Position numbers and translations under genes: made by a program. A stretch of DNA of 64,000 nt. Origin: Rhizophagus irregularis. Its lineage: Eukaryota. Positions within the stretch are counted from its first letter, which is position 1. The number at the start of each line of letters is the position of its first letter. Location of the stretch: NCBI RefSeq assembly GCF_026210795.1, contig NC_089431.1:5270001-5334000 (forward strand), given 5' to 3'. A model generated the notes under the pieces. That model did no database searches and had not been told where the DNA came from. It saw only the letters and a program-made list of their open reading frames with translations. Below are positions 26,205 to 39,974 of the stretch, piece after piece.

Positions 26205-26581
26205 GTTAAATTATAAAATTTTAATGCAATATTATTATTCTTATAACAACTTATACCATGTTGATAAAAAAATCCTATAATACTTGTGAACCAAATAAGA
26301 TATTTTTTATGATTTTTCATTAATTCAAGAAATTTTTTTGAATTTTTTTCATCATGATTTTTTATTATATTATTTAACCATTTTATTAAATTTTCTTCAA
26401 ATTTATTTATATCATCATCTTTTATATATTGAATGATTTTATTATAAAATTCTTTTAAAACATTCTTTAAGAATATTTCATCATTTTCATTGATTTTGAT
26501 ATTTATATTATTAATATTAATAATAGATTTATTATTATTATTATTTGTTGTTATATCGATATTGAATAAATTTGATAACAT
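24602..26581 (-). CDS. Sel1-like repeat protein (659 aa; Asn-rich N-terminus, 11 x 36-aa Sel1 repeats)
   Basis: Intronless ORF with AQxxLAxCYxxGxGxxKDxxxAFxWYxKAAxxG repeats. Confidence 0.92.
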
Positions 26582-27606
26582 TTTTTTATTTTTTTTTTAT
26601 AAATAAAAGAGAATTTTTTTTTTTTTGAAGAAAAAAAGAAAAGAATACTTGTAAAGAAGAATGGTTCATTTATACAAAAAAAAAAATACATGGAAGTAAA
26701 CCAAGAAATTTTTCTCGTCAAAATTAAAAATAATATTTTACTATGCCTAGAAAGTACGAAAGTGATTGAATTAATAAACTTGAAACTATAAACAGTAATT
26801 TTATTGATTATGAAAGAGCCAAGATAAAAAGAAACTCGAGGATAAATATCAATGGAAGCCAAGAAACTTTGGCCAAGGAACGTTGGAATTGGCAAAAGCC
26901 AAGACATTGTACTGTATTGTCGATGTGTTTGTGTAACGTCTGAAATTTTTTTGCCGCAGCCATACTAATGATCAGCCGCAGTTACATTTTGTTATTTAGC
27001 CCGAAATTAAAAAAATTACAATTTAATTTTGAGATTTTTTTTTTTATGATATAACAAATATAACAAAATCTGAAACGGTTTGTATATTTTCTTTTTACGT
27101 TTATAAATATATAAATAAATGAGAATTTACATATTACAGACGATATAGTTTCGCACATTTTATATTAATTCTTGAAACGTGATTTAATGTGTTTATTAAA
27201 ATGTTAGTGGTGAATTAAAATAAAAAATAAAAAAAAAATAAAATTGTTTCACAGCGTTTAAAATTTATATTAAGATTTGAAAATAACTGCATAGTTTTCT
27301 TAACGTTAAATAAATTTAAAAACATAGAATGAAGAAAGAATGAAGTGAATGACAATACCGTACCACTAGTATACATCAAACCCATAAATCTCGCGCGGCG
27401 CAACTACATAATAATTATTTTATAGTATAAATAGTTCATTTTTCATATATACACATTCATCAGAGCTCCTTAATAAGTGCCATTCTTGTTAAATTTGTTA
27501 TAATTAAATTTATACTAAAAGTATATCATGCGAATAATATCACAACAATGATTGTGTCAAATTTTTATCTAGCAAAGCTGATACACCATTATTATGAAAT
27601 TAAGCA

Positions 27607-29099
27607 TCAATTCCATATAATTTGAAACACTTCACATTCCTCTACATCAAAATCGTCAGTAGTTTCTCTAATAGGTTTCTCATAGGAAACTTTTCTACAA
27701 ACGTTACCCATAAATCCGGGCCATATACAGAAATCATTTTCACCAAATGTTGGACCACAAAAATAATTATTATATGTAGCATGAATTTCATTCATTACAC
27801 GGCTTAAAATATAATTTTCAATTCTACCATTGATAAAGGAAAACATAAAACTATCTTTAGTAGTTCCATACTCATTATCAGATCTCCATTCAGCTGGATT
27901 ATAACCTCCAAGAATTTCATTACTATCTTTCACTTTAACAATTGTTACTGTGCGAGATTTAAAATCGCAAATCTCATGAAATTTATCTTGTGAATGCCCA
28001 TCACGAGATGCACGAAATAATAATTTAAATTCATACGAAGAAGTTAACTTATCCGTAATTTCTAATCTATTAACCCACTTCAAGATTAACTCAGCATGAT
28101 GAGATGTAATAATTTTTGATTCAACAGTTATTGATTTAATTTCTTTGGTCATACGAGGTCTTGATTTATTACTTGGTTTACTATCAGGATCCAAAAGATT
28201 TAAAAAAGTTTTCAATAAATCTGCACACAATTCTTCTGGTAAAATTTCTCTATAAGGAAATACTTTGTCAACAAATTCTTTAGAAGTTAAATTGTAAAAT
28301 CTAATAAAAGGAATACATTGTTGTAATGTATTCTTTAAAGTATTAAAATCATCTTTTGAAAATTTTGTGACTTCAGAAGGAAGTTCAGGATTTTGAGCAA
28401 GTCCCCATTTAAGAACATGTTCCCAGATTTGAATTTCATTCATTTGAAGACTATCGTTCTGAATAATTGAAACCAAAAGTTTTTCCGGAATTGAAGAAAA
28501 ATTTGACGATTTGAATATCTTATCCGGCTCCTTAGATATTAAATTAATGCAATATTCTTGAAGTTCTGAGAATGAATCGTTTTCAAGGCCTGTTTGATAA
28601 ACGAAATTAAAATTCTTCTCTATCCAGCTTGCTTTGTTATTGATCAAAAAAGATTGTAAATAATCAACCAACTCTTGAAGACCAAGTTCACTAGCAGCAA
28701 CTAGGACCTTAATTATATCTGAATTATCATAATTATTCAAAAAAAGCTTTCCACCATAAATATACCTAAAATAAAAAAAAAATTGTAAAATTAGGAACAT
28801 TATAATTTATAGTGCTGTTTAAATTTAATTCTTTATTACCTTAAAATTATTTGAAAAATCTCAGGAGAAATATTAGATAATTTGATATGTGTCAAAGCTT
28901 CGTCATTTTTCTTTTTATTGGTTGATAAAATTCTTCGCAAATAAGAAGAACGATAATGTAAAATAACTATATGAGCACGAAAAACTTTTACATAAGGATC
29001 ATTACCAACTTCAATGGTTACATCGTAGTATTCTTCATCATTTAAAATTTCGAGTAAATTTTGTGATAAATTTGGTAAAAGTTTATTATCACCCTCCAT
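27607..29099 (-). CDS. BTB-BACK-TLDc protein; exon1 29099-28840, exon2 28765-27607
   Basis: BTB (YYDVTIEVG, FRAH..L..RS), BACK (EIQIWEHVLKWG), TLDc (LLFRASRDG, ILGGYNP, DSFMFSF, GPTFG, ECEVFQ); in-frame GT-AG intron. Confidence 0.92.
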
Positions 29100-30466
29100 T
29101 TTTTGTTTTTTTTTAACGTTAACGGTTAACGAAAAAATTAACCCAATTTTGTAAATGTTCAACCTTATATAATTAGTCACAGTATTCTGTGCAACGTTAA
29201 TGCTTAATGTTGAACAAAAATTTTCCAAAATGGAGCTTGTTCAACTGCAGATCATTTCAGTTCCTCGATAAAAATGAAACCCTATACTCATTATAAAATA
29301 AAAAATAAAAATTAAATTTAAATAATAAGGAATAAGCTAAAAATAACCCCATGTTATTATATAAAAATTTTTTAACATCCGTGTTATCACATATTTATCG
29401 ATCACCATGCTTACATCACCGGTTATGAAAAATTCACCGGGGTGAATTTTGTTTAACTGGGTGAATAACGTTAGGAGTTTAAAATGTTTCTTATAATAGA
29501 CTACAATAAACATTTTCTCACGTCCTTTTTCTTTATCATTTATGATAACTTTCGTTTATTTCACGCATATTAATGGATATCCAATAACTTTCACCTTTGA
29601 TTCCTGTTGAATTTTATAATAATATTCATGTCAAACATTTAAACAATTTTTATAATGAAAATAGGTTGTTAGTGATGACTTTATAAACGAAGAAAACGAT
29701 GGTAAGGGTGGCATAGTGAATTAACATTAAAAAAAAAGGAGTTATTCAGGGTTATGGTAAAAGAGTGGCATAAAATTTACATACTTTAGCAAAGACACAG
29801 AGATGTTATTTAATTTTTTCTTTCGAAAATGTAACATATCACATAAACTTTAATAACAATTAACAAATTAACAAATTTTATATGATATTTAGGGAGGTAA
29901 ATATTAACCGGAATTTTATATTTAATAAGGTTAATATTAACCGGATGGGAGTGAATTTTCACGGGAACTCCGAAATAATAATATTATATTGGCATATATA
30001 TACAAATTATAATAGGCTAATAACTGAGAATTACCAAAAGTATTGAATAAACATGTTTGTTGAGTTTGCTGGCACGCGATTTTCTAATACATTACGGAAC
30101 TTTAATAATTTATTAATCCTTGACCGAATTATCGTCATACCAATATCGTGGTATGTTTTATTTATTTATTTGTTTTTTTAGATGAATTTTTTATTGTAAA
30201 TTGTTAATAAAATTTTCTTTAATAAAACAGTTAACAGTATCATAATTGATACTTAATATAACGAACGAACAAAATCATTAAATCGGAAGGTTCATTATAC
30301 TCAGTTCTAATTAATAGATATTGTATTAATCGTTTTGGACAAATACTGTTATCTGTATGATCTTTAAAACTTTTTTTAATGATTTTAACTAAACTAGTAT
30401 TTGAGTAAAAATAGTAAATAACATATCTGTTTGCAACGTAATTATTAGCTTATTAAATACCATGTC

Positions 30467-31866
30467 TTAATAGGAACCAATTTGAAATACTTCACATTCC
30501 TCTATATTAAAATAGCCTTCAGTCTTTCTAATCGATTTTTTATAAGAGGATTTTTTACAATAATTCTTATGGAATGAGTCCCATATAATAAGATCACTTA
30601 TGCCAAATAATGGACCATGTCCAGAACTATTGTAGATAGCATAGTTTTCAAACATTACATGACTTAAAATATGATTATCAATTCTTTCATTGTTAAAAGA
30701 AAATATAAAACTATATTTAGTAGTGCTGTAACTTTTGTCTGATTTCCATTCAATTGGATTATATCCTCCAAGAATTTCGTTACTACCTTTCACTTTAACA
30801 AGCACTACAGTGTGGGATTGAATATCACAAATCATATGAAATTTATCTCGTGAATGTCCATCACGAGACGCACGAAATAATAATTTGAATTCATATGAAG
30901 AATCTGTAGTTCTTAATATTGACCCACTTTAAAATTAACTCAGCATGTTGAGATGTGATGATTTTTGAGTCAACAGTTATTGATTTAATTTCTTTGTTCA
31001 TACGAGGTCTTGATTTATTAATTGGCTTACTATCAGGATTCGAAAGAGTTAAAAAAGTTTTTAATAAATCTGTACATAATTCTTCAGGTAAAATTTCTCT
31101 GTGAGGGAATACTTTGTCAACAAATTCCTTAGAAGTCAAATTGTAAAATCTAATAAAAGGAATACATTGTAGTAATATATTTATTAAAGTATTAAAATCA
31201 TCTTTTGAAAAATTTGTGATTTCAGAAGGAAGTTTAGGATTTTGAGCAAGTCCCCATTTAAGTACGTGTTCCCAAATTTGAACTTCGCTCGTTTGAAGAT
31301 TATCATTTTGAATAATTGAAATCAAAAGTTTTTCCGGAATTGAAGTGAAATCGGGAGATTTGAAAATCTTATCCGGTTCTTTAGATATTAATTCGATACA
31401 ATATTTTTGAAGTTCTGGGAATGAATCATTTTCAAAGCTTGTTTGATAAACGAAATTAAAATTTTTCTCCATCCAGCTTGTTTTATTTTTGACCAAAAAG
31501 AATTGTAAATATGTAACTAATTCCTGAAGATTAAGTTCACTAGCAGCAACTAGGACTTTAATTATATCTGAATTATCATATTCATTTAAAGAAAGCTTTC
31601 CGCCATAAATATACCTAAAGTAAAAAAAAAATTGTGAAATTAGAAATATTAAAATTGAGTTTTGTTTATATTTAATTCCTTATTTGATTAGTTGACAAAA
31701 TTCTTCGTAAGTAGGAAGAACGATAATGTAAAATAACCATGTGAGCACGAAAGACTTTTACATAAGGGTCATTACCAACTTCAATGGTAATATCATAATA
31801 TTCTTCATCATTTAAAATTTCAAGCAAGTTTTGTGATAAATTTGGTAAAAGTTTATTATCGTTCAT
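30467..31866 (-). pseudogene. BTB-BACK-TLDc pseudogene
   Basis: Exon1 lacks the KKKND..IFQIILR end and its GT donor (~31680); frameshifting deletions near 30900-30925 before the TLDc domain. Confidence 0.8.
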
Positions 31867-32362
31867 TTTTTTTTACAATTTTAACGTTAACAATTAATGA
31901 AAATAATCAATTTTGTAACCGTTCAACCTTATATAATTAGCACGGTATTCTGTGTAACGTCAATGTCTGGTCGTCTAAGCCATATTCGTTCACGTGATCA
32001 TAAGCCAATCATAATGTCTGATTATTTACAGCGACCAATCAAGGTACGTGTACATCACGTGATCGATCACGGCTTTCATCCCCAAAAGTATTGAATAAAC
32101 ACGTAACAGGTAACATTTTCGATTTTCTAATAAAACATTACGGAACTTTGGACCGAATTATCATACTTTACTGTTGAATTGTTAATAAAATTTTTTTATT
32201 AAATAGCTAACAATATAATTTGATACTTAATATAACGAGCAAAAATCATTAAACCAGAAGGTTCGTTATATTAATAGAAGTAAGCTTTATTATTTTATAT
32301 TAATCATTTTGAATAAATAATTACTTTTTATTAACCTATTTTGTTATTTCATTTGATTACAA

Positions 32363-33014
32363 TTTATTACTTCGCGCATCTCGGGATGGACATTCTCGAG
32401 ATAAAATTTCATCAAATTTGTTATATGATAGAGCATTTTCAGTAGCAATTATTGTAAAAAATCTTTATATGAAAAGTCATTTAGAAAATCCGAAAGACAT
32501 TTATCATAAAAGAATGTGAAGTATTTCAAATTGTTCGTTCTTCATCATCCCTGCTTTCAAAGACATATTGATGATGTTGAAATCAACCATTTTGAGATCA
32601 ATCCAGCATGTTACGATGTAATAATTTTTGAATCAACAGTTTTTAATTTGATTTCTCTAGTCATATGAGGTTTTGATTTATTAATTGATTACTATCATTT
32701 TTGATTTCAATAACTTATATGGTTCCCTTTCATTAAATCAGTACAATATTTTAAAGTCCTGAGAATGAATCATTTTCAAAATGTTATAATCATTTAACTG
32801 ATTTAAGAATTAGAAATATTGAAATTTACAACAATGTTTAAATTTAATTCTTTATTATCTTAAATTATCTGAAAAATTTCAGGAGAAATGTTTGATATTG
32901 ATTTGTATTAAAATTGCGTTATTTTCTTTTAATAATTTTTTATATTACCAGCTTCGATAATATTCTCCATCATCTAAAATCTCGAGTAAATTTTGATAAA
33001 AAATTTGTTGTTCA
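32363..33014. pseudogene. Highly deleted BTB-TLDc relic; 5' part on minus strand (~33014-32555), TLDc part on plus strand (~32363-32545)
   Basis: Plus strand reads LLLRASRDGHSRDK and KECEVFQIV; minus strand reads VDSKIITS.HAGLISKW and BTB exon1 remnants. Confidence 0.7.
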
Positions 33015-33649
33015 TTTCTTAATGTTAACGAAAGAAACGAGAGTAAATGGTCAAACTAACCTTATATAATTTATCACTTTTACCTACTAATTGTGAATTC
33101 GCATTTATAAAATGAAATTGTTTTATATTTATTATAAAATAAAAGTTTAGCATGTAATTGCATTGTAACTTATTTATTACACACATAGTAAATTTAACAT
33201 GGTTGATAAAATCAGAGGAGAGTTAATAATGTGACAATTTTTACCAAGAGATATACATCACGTTTTCGATTTACTAACACTGGATATAATCATATAATTA
33301 TAAATCTTTATTATTTTCATTATTTATCATGATGTATTGGTTATTTTTATAAATAAATTTAGAAAATATTTTTTAAATTGATTCATATTATAACTGTTAC
33401 CGACGCCAATTAAATATATCTATCAACTTCAACTTTACGCTATAAAAATTTTTTTAGAAAATCGGAGTTTTTAAAACTAAGGAGGTTATTGTTATACGTA
33501 GGTAAATTTATTAGTACCAAATTAAAATAAAATTCTTTTTTAAACCATAAATACTATTTTATATTCAAATAAGATACGTTCGATGCGCATAATATTATTT
33601 TTATAATTAATATAATATTTCTTGTATATTACATATTTTAAAAGAAGCG

Positions 33650-34225
33650 ATCAAATTTTAACCGACTCGAAAATTATTTACTATAAAGGAACCATTTTCG
33701 AAAAAAACTAACATCTTTTTTCCAAACAAACGGCTATAATATTTACCTGGTGTAAATATATTTTAAAAATATTGATAATTTATTTATATACTAAATTTTT
33801 TAGATAATAATAATACAAATTTATTTCAATTTTAGATAATAGTAAAGGGTTATCTAAAGTATTTAATAAGCTACAAATAAATTCAAATGATGGTAAGCAA
33901 AATGATTCCAAATTTTAATTTCAATATTTATTTAATAAAATTTTATTTATTTATTTAAAAAAATATAGAAATTCAAAATAATTATAAAAAAGAAACAATA
34001 CAACAAGTGAAAGGACCAGTTAATGGTAAGTAGAATATTTGTTATAAATTTTTAATTTTGCAATATTTTAATTAAATAATAATCCAAACCTTCATTCGGA
34101 AGAACAAGATGAATTTGAGATTCCTGATGGTTAGTTTCTTAATATTAATATTGTATACAGTAAATAATATTTTAATTACTAATTGTTGTTTATTTAGTTA
34201 TATGCATTTTTTTTAGATGTAAAAT
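33650..34225 (+). pseudogene. Orphan short 3' exons, probably a kinase-gene tail relic
   Basis: Series of short GT-AG bounded exons including NNPNLHSEEQDEFEIPD, a tail I recall from glomeromycotan kinases; no upstream domain visible. Confidence 0.4.
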
Positions 34226-35522
34226 TATAATTGTAAACAAACAATATTGAATATTTTATTTTGAATTATTTAAACACTAAGGCTAGAGTAGCAAAATACT
34301 TTAAGTTTGTAATTTAAATAATTTATATATTAGTATGGCTTATTAATAAATTTAAAATCAATATTTTTTACTTGTTAAATTAAAATATAGAGAAAAAAAA
34401 AAAATAATTAATAATTGAAACTTTTAATGTAAACGATAGGAAATATCAAATTGTCAATTGATATTTTTTTTCAAAATATGAAATTTATGGACGATTGCTT
34501 TTTATTTAACCTTATCACATGATTACGCAAATATTTTTTTTTTATCAATAATCTTTGAAAATAGGCTACTACAATAACAGAAATTTAATTTGGAGTAAAA
34601 ATATAATCAACTGAGTTTGGTATATTATAAGCGTTTAAATTTAATTTTACAGAAATCGTAGGATGCCTTGCATGCAAAAATAAACGAATTAATTGGCGAG
34701 TTAATGAACAATTATTAAATCATTATAATGAAATGTAATCGTATGAATTTGCTTATGCTGTTGTACTATATTATTTCCTGTTCCTAAGTTTATATATTGT
34801 CCAAAGCGTTAGCGAAGGACTTTTCCATTCCACTCAAAAAAGCATGCAATGTCTGTCCGTCACGCCATATGTATGGTCAATAAAATTTTATGAAACAATT
34901 ACATAGAAATAATAATAATGTAATAACATAGTAACAAAAATAATAAATTATGGCCCAATGAGATTTAAAATCAGGCGTAACGCTTATGTAGAAACAAAAT
35001 ATAAATGTTATGCATTAATATTGTAACGAATTATAAATTATATTAAAGTATTTTTATCTATAACTTTAGTGATGCATCTTTTAACTATACAATTTTTAGC
35101 AATACATTATTTTTAACTTTAGTAATACATATTTTTTGTAGACAATTTCAATTTTTTGTGATAAGTAATTGATCATGATTATAATGCTTCGGATGCTCCA
35201 GCAGTTCCTGTTTCCTAGTAATTATGTATGAATTAAAAAAAAAAGCATTGCAATTTATGATGTTAACGAAAAATATTAATTTCAATATAGATTAGGTTTA
35301 AAACAAGCTAGGTTGTTTATAGTACGAGTTATAATGCTATATTTTACAATAGACTTGGTTACTCAAACAGGTCAGTATGAGTTCTTAATTTATTTTTTCT
35401 TACCTCATTATAGAATGAGAATTTCAATAAAACTTGATAGTAATGTAGAAATATTATAATCTCAATTATTATGAATATTATGAAAGTATTCATTTACTAT
35501 TCATTTGGCGTTTGTTTCTTTA

Positions 35523-35766
35523 GGATAATCTCAAGACGATTTTGGAAAATGTAAAGAATGTGGCGAAGCTTATCTGGATGGATACTATGTAAATAAATGG
35601 TGTAAACCATGTAGCGCAAATGATTTAAAATTTTTTTTGCAAATTGGATTCAAGAAATTCAATTGAAAATAAATAATTATACTGATATAATATTTGAATG
35701 GATACCATATAATCAGTTTGACGAAAGAAATGGGGTTTTGCTACAGCAATATGGAAGGATGGTATT
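35523..35766 (+). pseudogene. Zinc-knuckle/kinase N-lobe relic, truncated at 35766
   Basis: GKCKECGE..KWCKPC, IFEWIPYNQF, AIWKDG with frameshifts; near-identical to 43896-44079. Confidence 0.75.
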
Positions 35767-36110
35767 CACTGGTCGAAGTGATGTGATGTACACGAAGTTT
35801 ATAACCTGGAAATTGCCAACACACTTGTTCATTTTTAACAAGTTCAACGTGTGATTGTGAAATTCAGTTAAATTTAATTTACAGCTGGAAATGACGAAAT
35901 GTACAAGATAAATCATGTGTGGAAACTTAGTTTATAAATTTACATTATTAAATCTCAATTAAATTATCATTAAATTTCATCTAAACTTCTAGTAAACTAA
36001 TATTAAATTTTTATATGCAAATCATCAATAAATTTCAGTTAAATTTCAAGTAAATTAACATTAAATTATAGTAAATTATTATTAAATTATTAAATTTCAA
36101 ATAATTACAA
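35767..36110. mobile_element. Possible CMC/CACTA-like element end (CACTG start, TAAATTTCA-type subterminal repeats)
   Basis: Starts exactly where similarity to the 44079 copy breaks; no matching second TIR found. Confidence 0.3.
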
Positions 36111-37088
36111 TTAACGTAATCACTTATATTTAATTCGATCAGTCACATGACTTATTTTATAAAATACGATCTATTTTTTTTTTTTTTATTTTATTACGCA
36201 AGAGGTCGGAGCTTAGGTTTTCCTTTTTAGAAAGTTTTCCCTGGACTTTTTGGTAAAGGTTCTTACTCCACATTTACTTTAAGAAGCAACATTAACCTCG
36301 TTCCTTTTTTTCTTTTTAAGAGGTGTCTTTTAGCAAATCTCTGGTAAGTAAGGGAGGGAGGTCTTTATTTTAAATATCTACTAACTTTCTTTTATCTTTG
36401 CAAGGTCCTATTTCATACAGGAAATATGTTTCGGTATGTGCTTCAAAAATTTACTAACTCTTTCTTTTTTAGGGTTTATCTTAACTTTTTTTTGTCTTTT
36501 TAATGTAAAATTATCTTTATTTTTTAAAGAATTGTTAGCTGATGTTCCTTTTTTCTTTTTTTGCAAGTTTTAGCTTCGGATGCTTAGAACTTGGAGATGG
36601 TAACATTATTTTTTGAAGGTTTTGATATATGGAATCTTTGGATGATGGTATGTTTCAATTAAAAAAAAAAGATTTTAATTAATTATTATCGTTATTAAAA
36701 TCAAGATTTTTAACTTTATATTGCATTTATTAAGACAATAATGATGTGAATTATAATATATCATTGCTTATTATGGCTTTAATATAATAGAAATATAATG
36801 ATAATGTATTAAATGTAATAAAAATACAACGTTAATATAATAAAAGTATAACTTTAGTATCATAAAAATGCACTTAAAATAACATGAAATAAAAAAATTT
36901 GATTATAGTTTAATGTGAATATATTTGAAAAAAAATATTTTCAGTGTGATATAAATATAAACAACATATAAATGAAGTTTCTATTATCAAAAATAGGGTG
37001 GAAACTTAATGGAAACGGGACAAATTTCCAAGAATTTCCAAAATTTATAAATCTATGAGAAATGGGCCATGTGAATGAAGTTTCACAA

Positions 37089-37749
37089 TTAGAAATTTGT
37101 AGTACATGGGCCTACTTCGACCTGTGCATGTTCTTCAATACAAATAAAACTTTTTTCTAATCTTCCACTAATTATAATATCATCATTAACATTTCCTAAG
37201 TAGATTTCACTAAAAAAATAAATAAATTATTATTGATCTTTATAAATGAGAATATAACAACATCTAAACTTACCTTATTATCTCGCTGTCATAATTAATT
37301 ATCAAGCCATACTTTCCCGTAACACCATTGTTTAATTTAACATAAATTACCATTATATAATTATAACTTAAGGGTATAAAAGTCATATCAATGGGGCAAA
37401 CTGCTTCTAGAGGAAAGGTGTAATTAAGATTTATGTATGTAATTCGGCCTGTTCTTTTTATCAATCGTAGATAAAAATGAGGTAATATGCATGATGGATC
37501 TTCAACATCATCAAGGGTCATCCAAATCATCAAAGTACCATCTTTAAGTGTTAGAGTGTCACGTAGTTTTAGACCTTCTATAGGCTCTTTATAAATGTAC
37601 CATATATCTTGAGGTGATGTATATTGGGGTAATGTATTTGGAGATGATACATTTTGAGATAAAATATCTCGAGATAATACATTTTGAGATGTGGCAAAAA
37701 AGCAACAGATGGAGGTTGAATATATAAAGATGATCAACATCTTTAACAT
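37089..37749 (-). CDS. Truncated duplicate (exon1 and most of exon2, ~200 aa) of the surface protein at 48377-51607; signal peptide, no TM domain; may be a pseudogene
   Basis: Exon1 37749-~37274 and exon2 from ~37209 align to the paralog up to ..IEE (~37131), then unrelated HAQVEVGPCTTNF-stop. Confidence 0.65.
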
Positions 37750-39486
37750 TTTTATTAGAGACTTGGTAGGAAAATGTGTGTGAAAAATGTGGAAATAAAT
37801 TAAAAGACTTGATTATTAGAGACTTGGTGGGAAAATGTGTGTGAAATATGGAAACAAATTTAGAGACTTGAAAAATTTTAAATTTTTACTCAGAGGAATT
37901 ACAGAACATTTATATATGTTATTTGTCATTGTAATCTTGATTTATTATCAATTACTATTAATAACTTTTCTTTAATCAAACGTTTAAAATGTGTTTCAAA
38001 AAAAATATATTAATTATACTACCAAATTTGTATTTCAAAAACTGATCTGCATTGTTTCATACACATGTGTAAAAAAACGTGCAACAAATATAATGGCTGA
38101 AAAATTTCTGACACTAAAAATATTGTCCAACAAAAACAAGTGTTTGGTATATATGGTATATATGCACAACATGAGTTTAGTATCAAAGGAGTTACTAGTG
38201 AAACGTTTGTTACATGCCTAATTTATGATGAATATAATTGTATGAAAATGATAATAATTTGCCTCATCATTTATCAAATTTAAATTTAGGATCAATACAA
38301 TTAGATACGTAATTAATTTTTATTTTTTTAATACATACTAGCAACAGCCCATTTGCTTCACACTGAGATCAATGAACTTGAAACATATAGTAAATTATTA
38401 TGCACACAAATAATATTCTGGAGACAAGCTATATAATGAACAAAATATTAAATTCTTCAAATTTATTAAATTTATTATAGTTTTAGTGATAAAATTATGA
38501 TATCACTACTGGCAGAAAAGCTGACAATTTTTGCCATGTATTATTACTCTTTTTCTATCACTCTGCTATGTTTTATCTTTCTATGATTACTGGATACAAA
38601 ATGGCGCAATGAACAAATGAATTGTTCCTCATATATTATACCTAGACCATTACTTAATTTAGCGTAAAACAATGATAGAGAAGCGGTAACACAGCATTAA
38701 AAATGTATTGTTAAGAGCATCATTATATTACGAGACATTTCTATTGTTTAATTTTCATGATCAACATGATCAACATTCATTAATGGTTAAACCCAATCTA
38801 TTTTAAGATAACAATCCGTAATAAATTACGGAGGCATGCTACACGTTACAGTAATACAACTCAAAATTAACTTATACAGAGTAATCTAAATATATATAAT
38901 TTACTAGAGACAATTTATTACCCCTATAAAAATTTATTCCGTGTTTTTTATTCTTTGTTATTTCCGTAAATGTATCATATTCACGGAATTTATAGTCTCA
39001 AACATTGAAAATAATCCAAGTTGCTCAAGTTATTTTCCCGTAAATGTATCATATTCACGGAGTTTTCCAGAAATTACGTTTTACATATAAATCAATGTTC
39101 TTATGAATAATAGTTAATGATTCTATTACTATTAAAATTAAAGTAATTATATTTTATTCCTATTACTTTATTATTACTGTCTAAAAAGAGTTTAATATAT
39201 TATTATTTAAAAAATTTATAAAATATTTATAGTATTAATAACTAAAATCGCAATAAATATATTGTGCGTCAATATTGCCCAATATTATAATGCCTTAAGT
39301 GGGTTGGCCAGCATTACTAGGCCAGACGCAAATCGCACAACATATATACTACAATATGTAAATGCATCATCATCCATATGTCGCACAATCTCTCACTTTC
39401 ATGGTTCCAAACTTGTGAAGGAAATGAAAATGAGAAAAAAAAATATGAAATGAGGATAAAGAAAGTGGGGAAGAGAAAAATTATTC
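37131..39486 (+). repeat. Segmental duplication, copy A (copy B 50972-53417)
   Basis: Colinear and near-identical over ~2.4 kb with a few indels. Confidence 0.93.
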
Positions 39487-39974
39487 TCTTAATACTGTGA
39501 CTTATGTGACTTGTTCTAGTAACATTTCACAAATATGTAAATTCATAGAAAATTCAGAATCTTAATATCCGTTAATACTTGTTGATATTTCTAATTCCTA
39601 ATTTTTTTGTAAAAGGAAAAAAATTAAAAAAAGTATATAGCAGAAATTTGTTTGAAGTGTTTTTTCTTTTTATCATTAATAATATTAAAATAATTGGCAT
39701 AAAAACATTTTTTGAAATCTACTATTTTAAATACTTTTAATATATAAATAAAAATTGGGGATTGCTAAACGTCGCCTGGGTGATTCATCGCCTGGGTTTT
39801 TTTTTCAAATATGTCATGTATCTAATTTTTGATCGGTTATTATTGCAAAAGATATTTTTTAAAAAAAAAATTTTGCAAATATATTTATTCAAAATAATCT
39901 TATTTAATGAAATTTTATTTGCAAATATTAAAATTTAAGTCACACATTTACGATTTTAAAGAAAAAAACCACCA

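Noticed and set aside
26551..26907. 118-aa ORF upstream of the Sel1 gene
   Set aside because: Low-complexity T-rich translation overlapping the probable promoter/5'UTR; no domain
39757..39800. TIR-like start GGGGATTGCTAAACGTCGCCTGGG (similar unpaired ends at ~23600 and ~36994)
   Set aside because: No partner end or TSD found in the window
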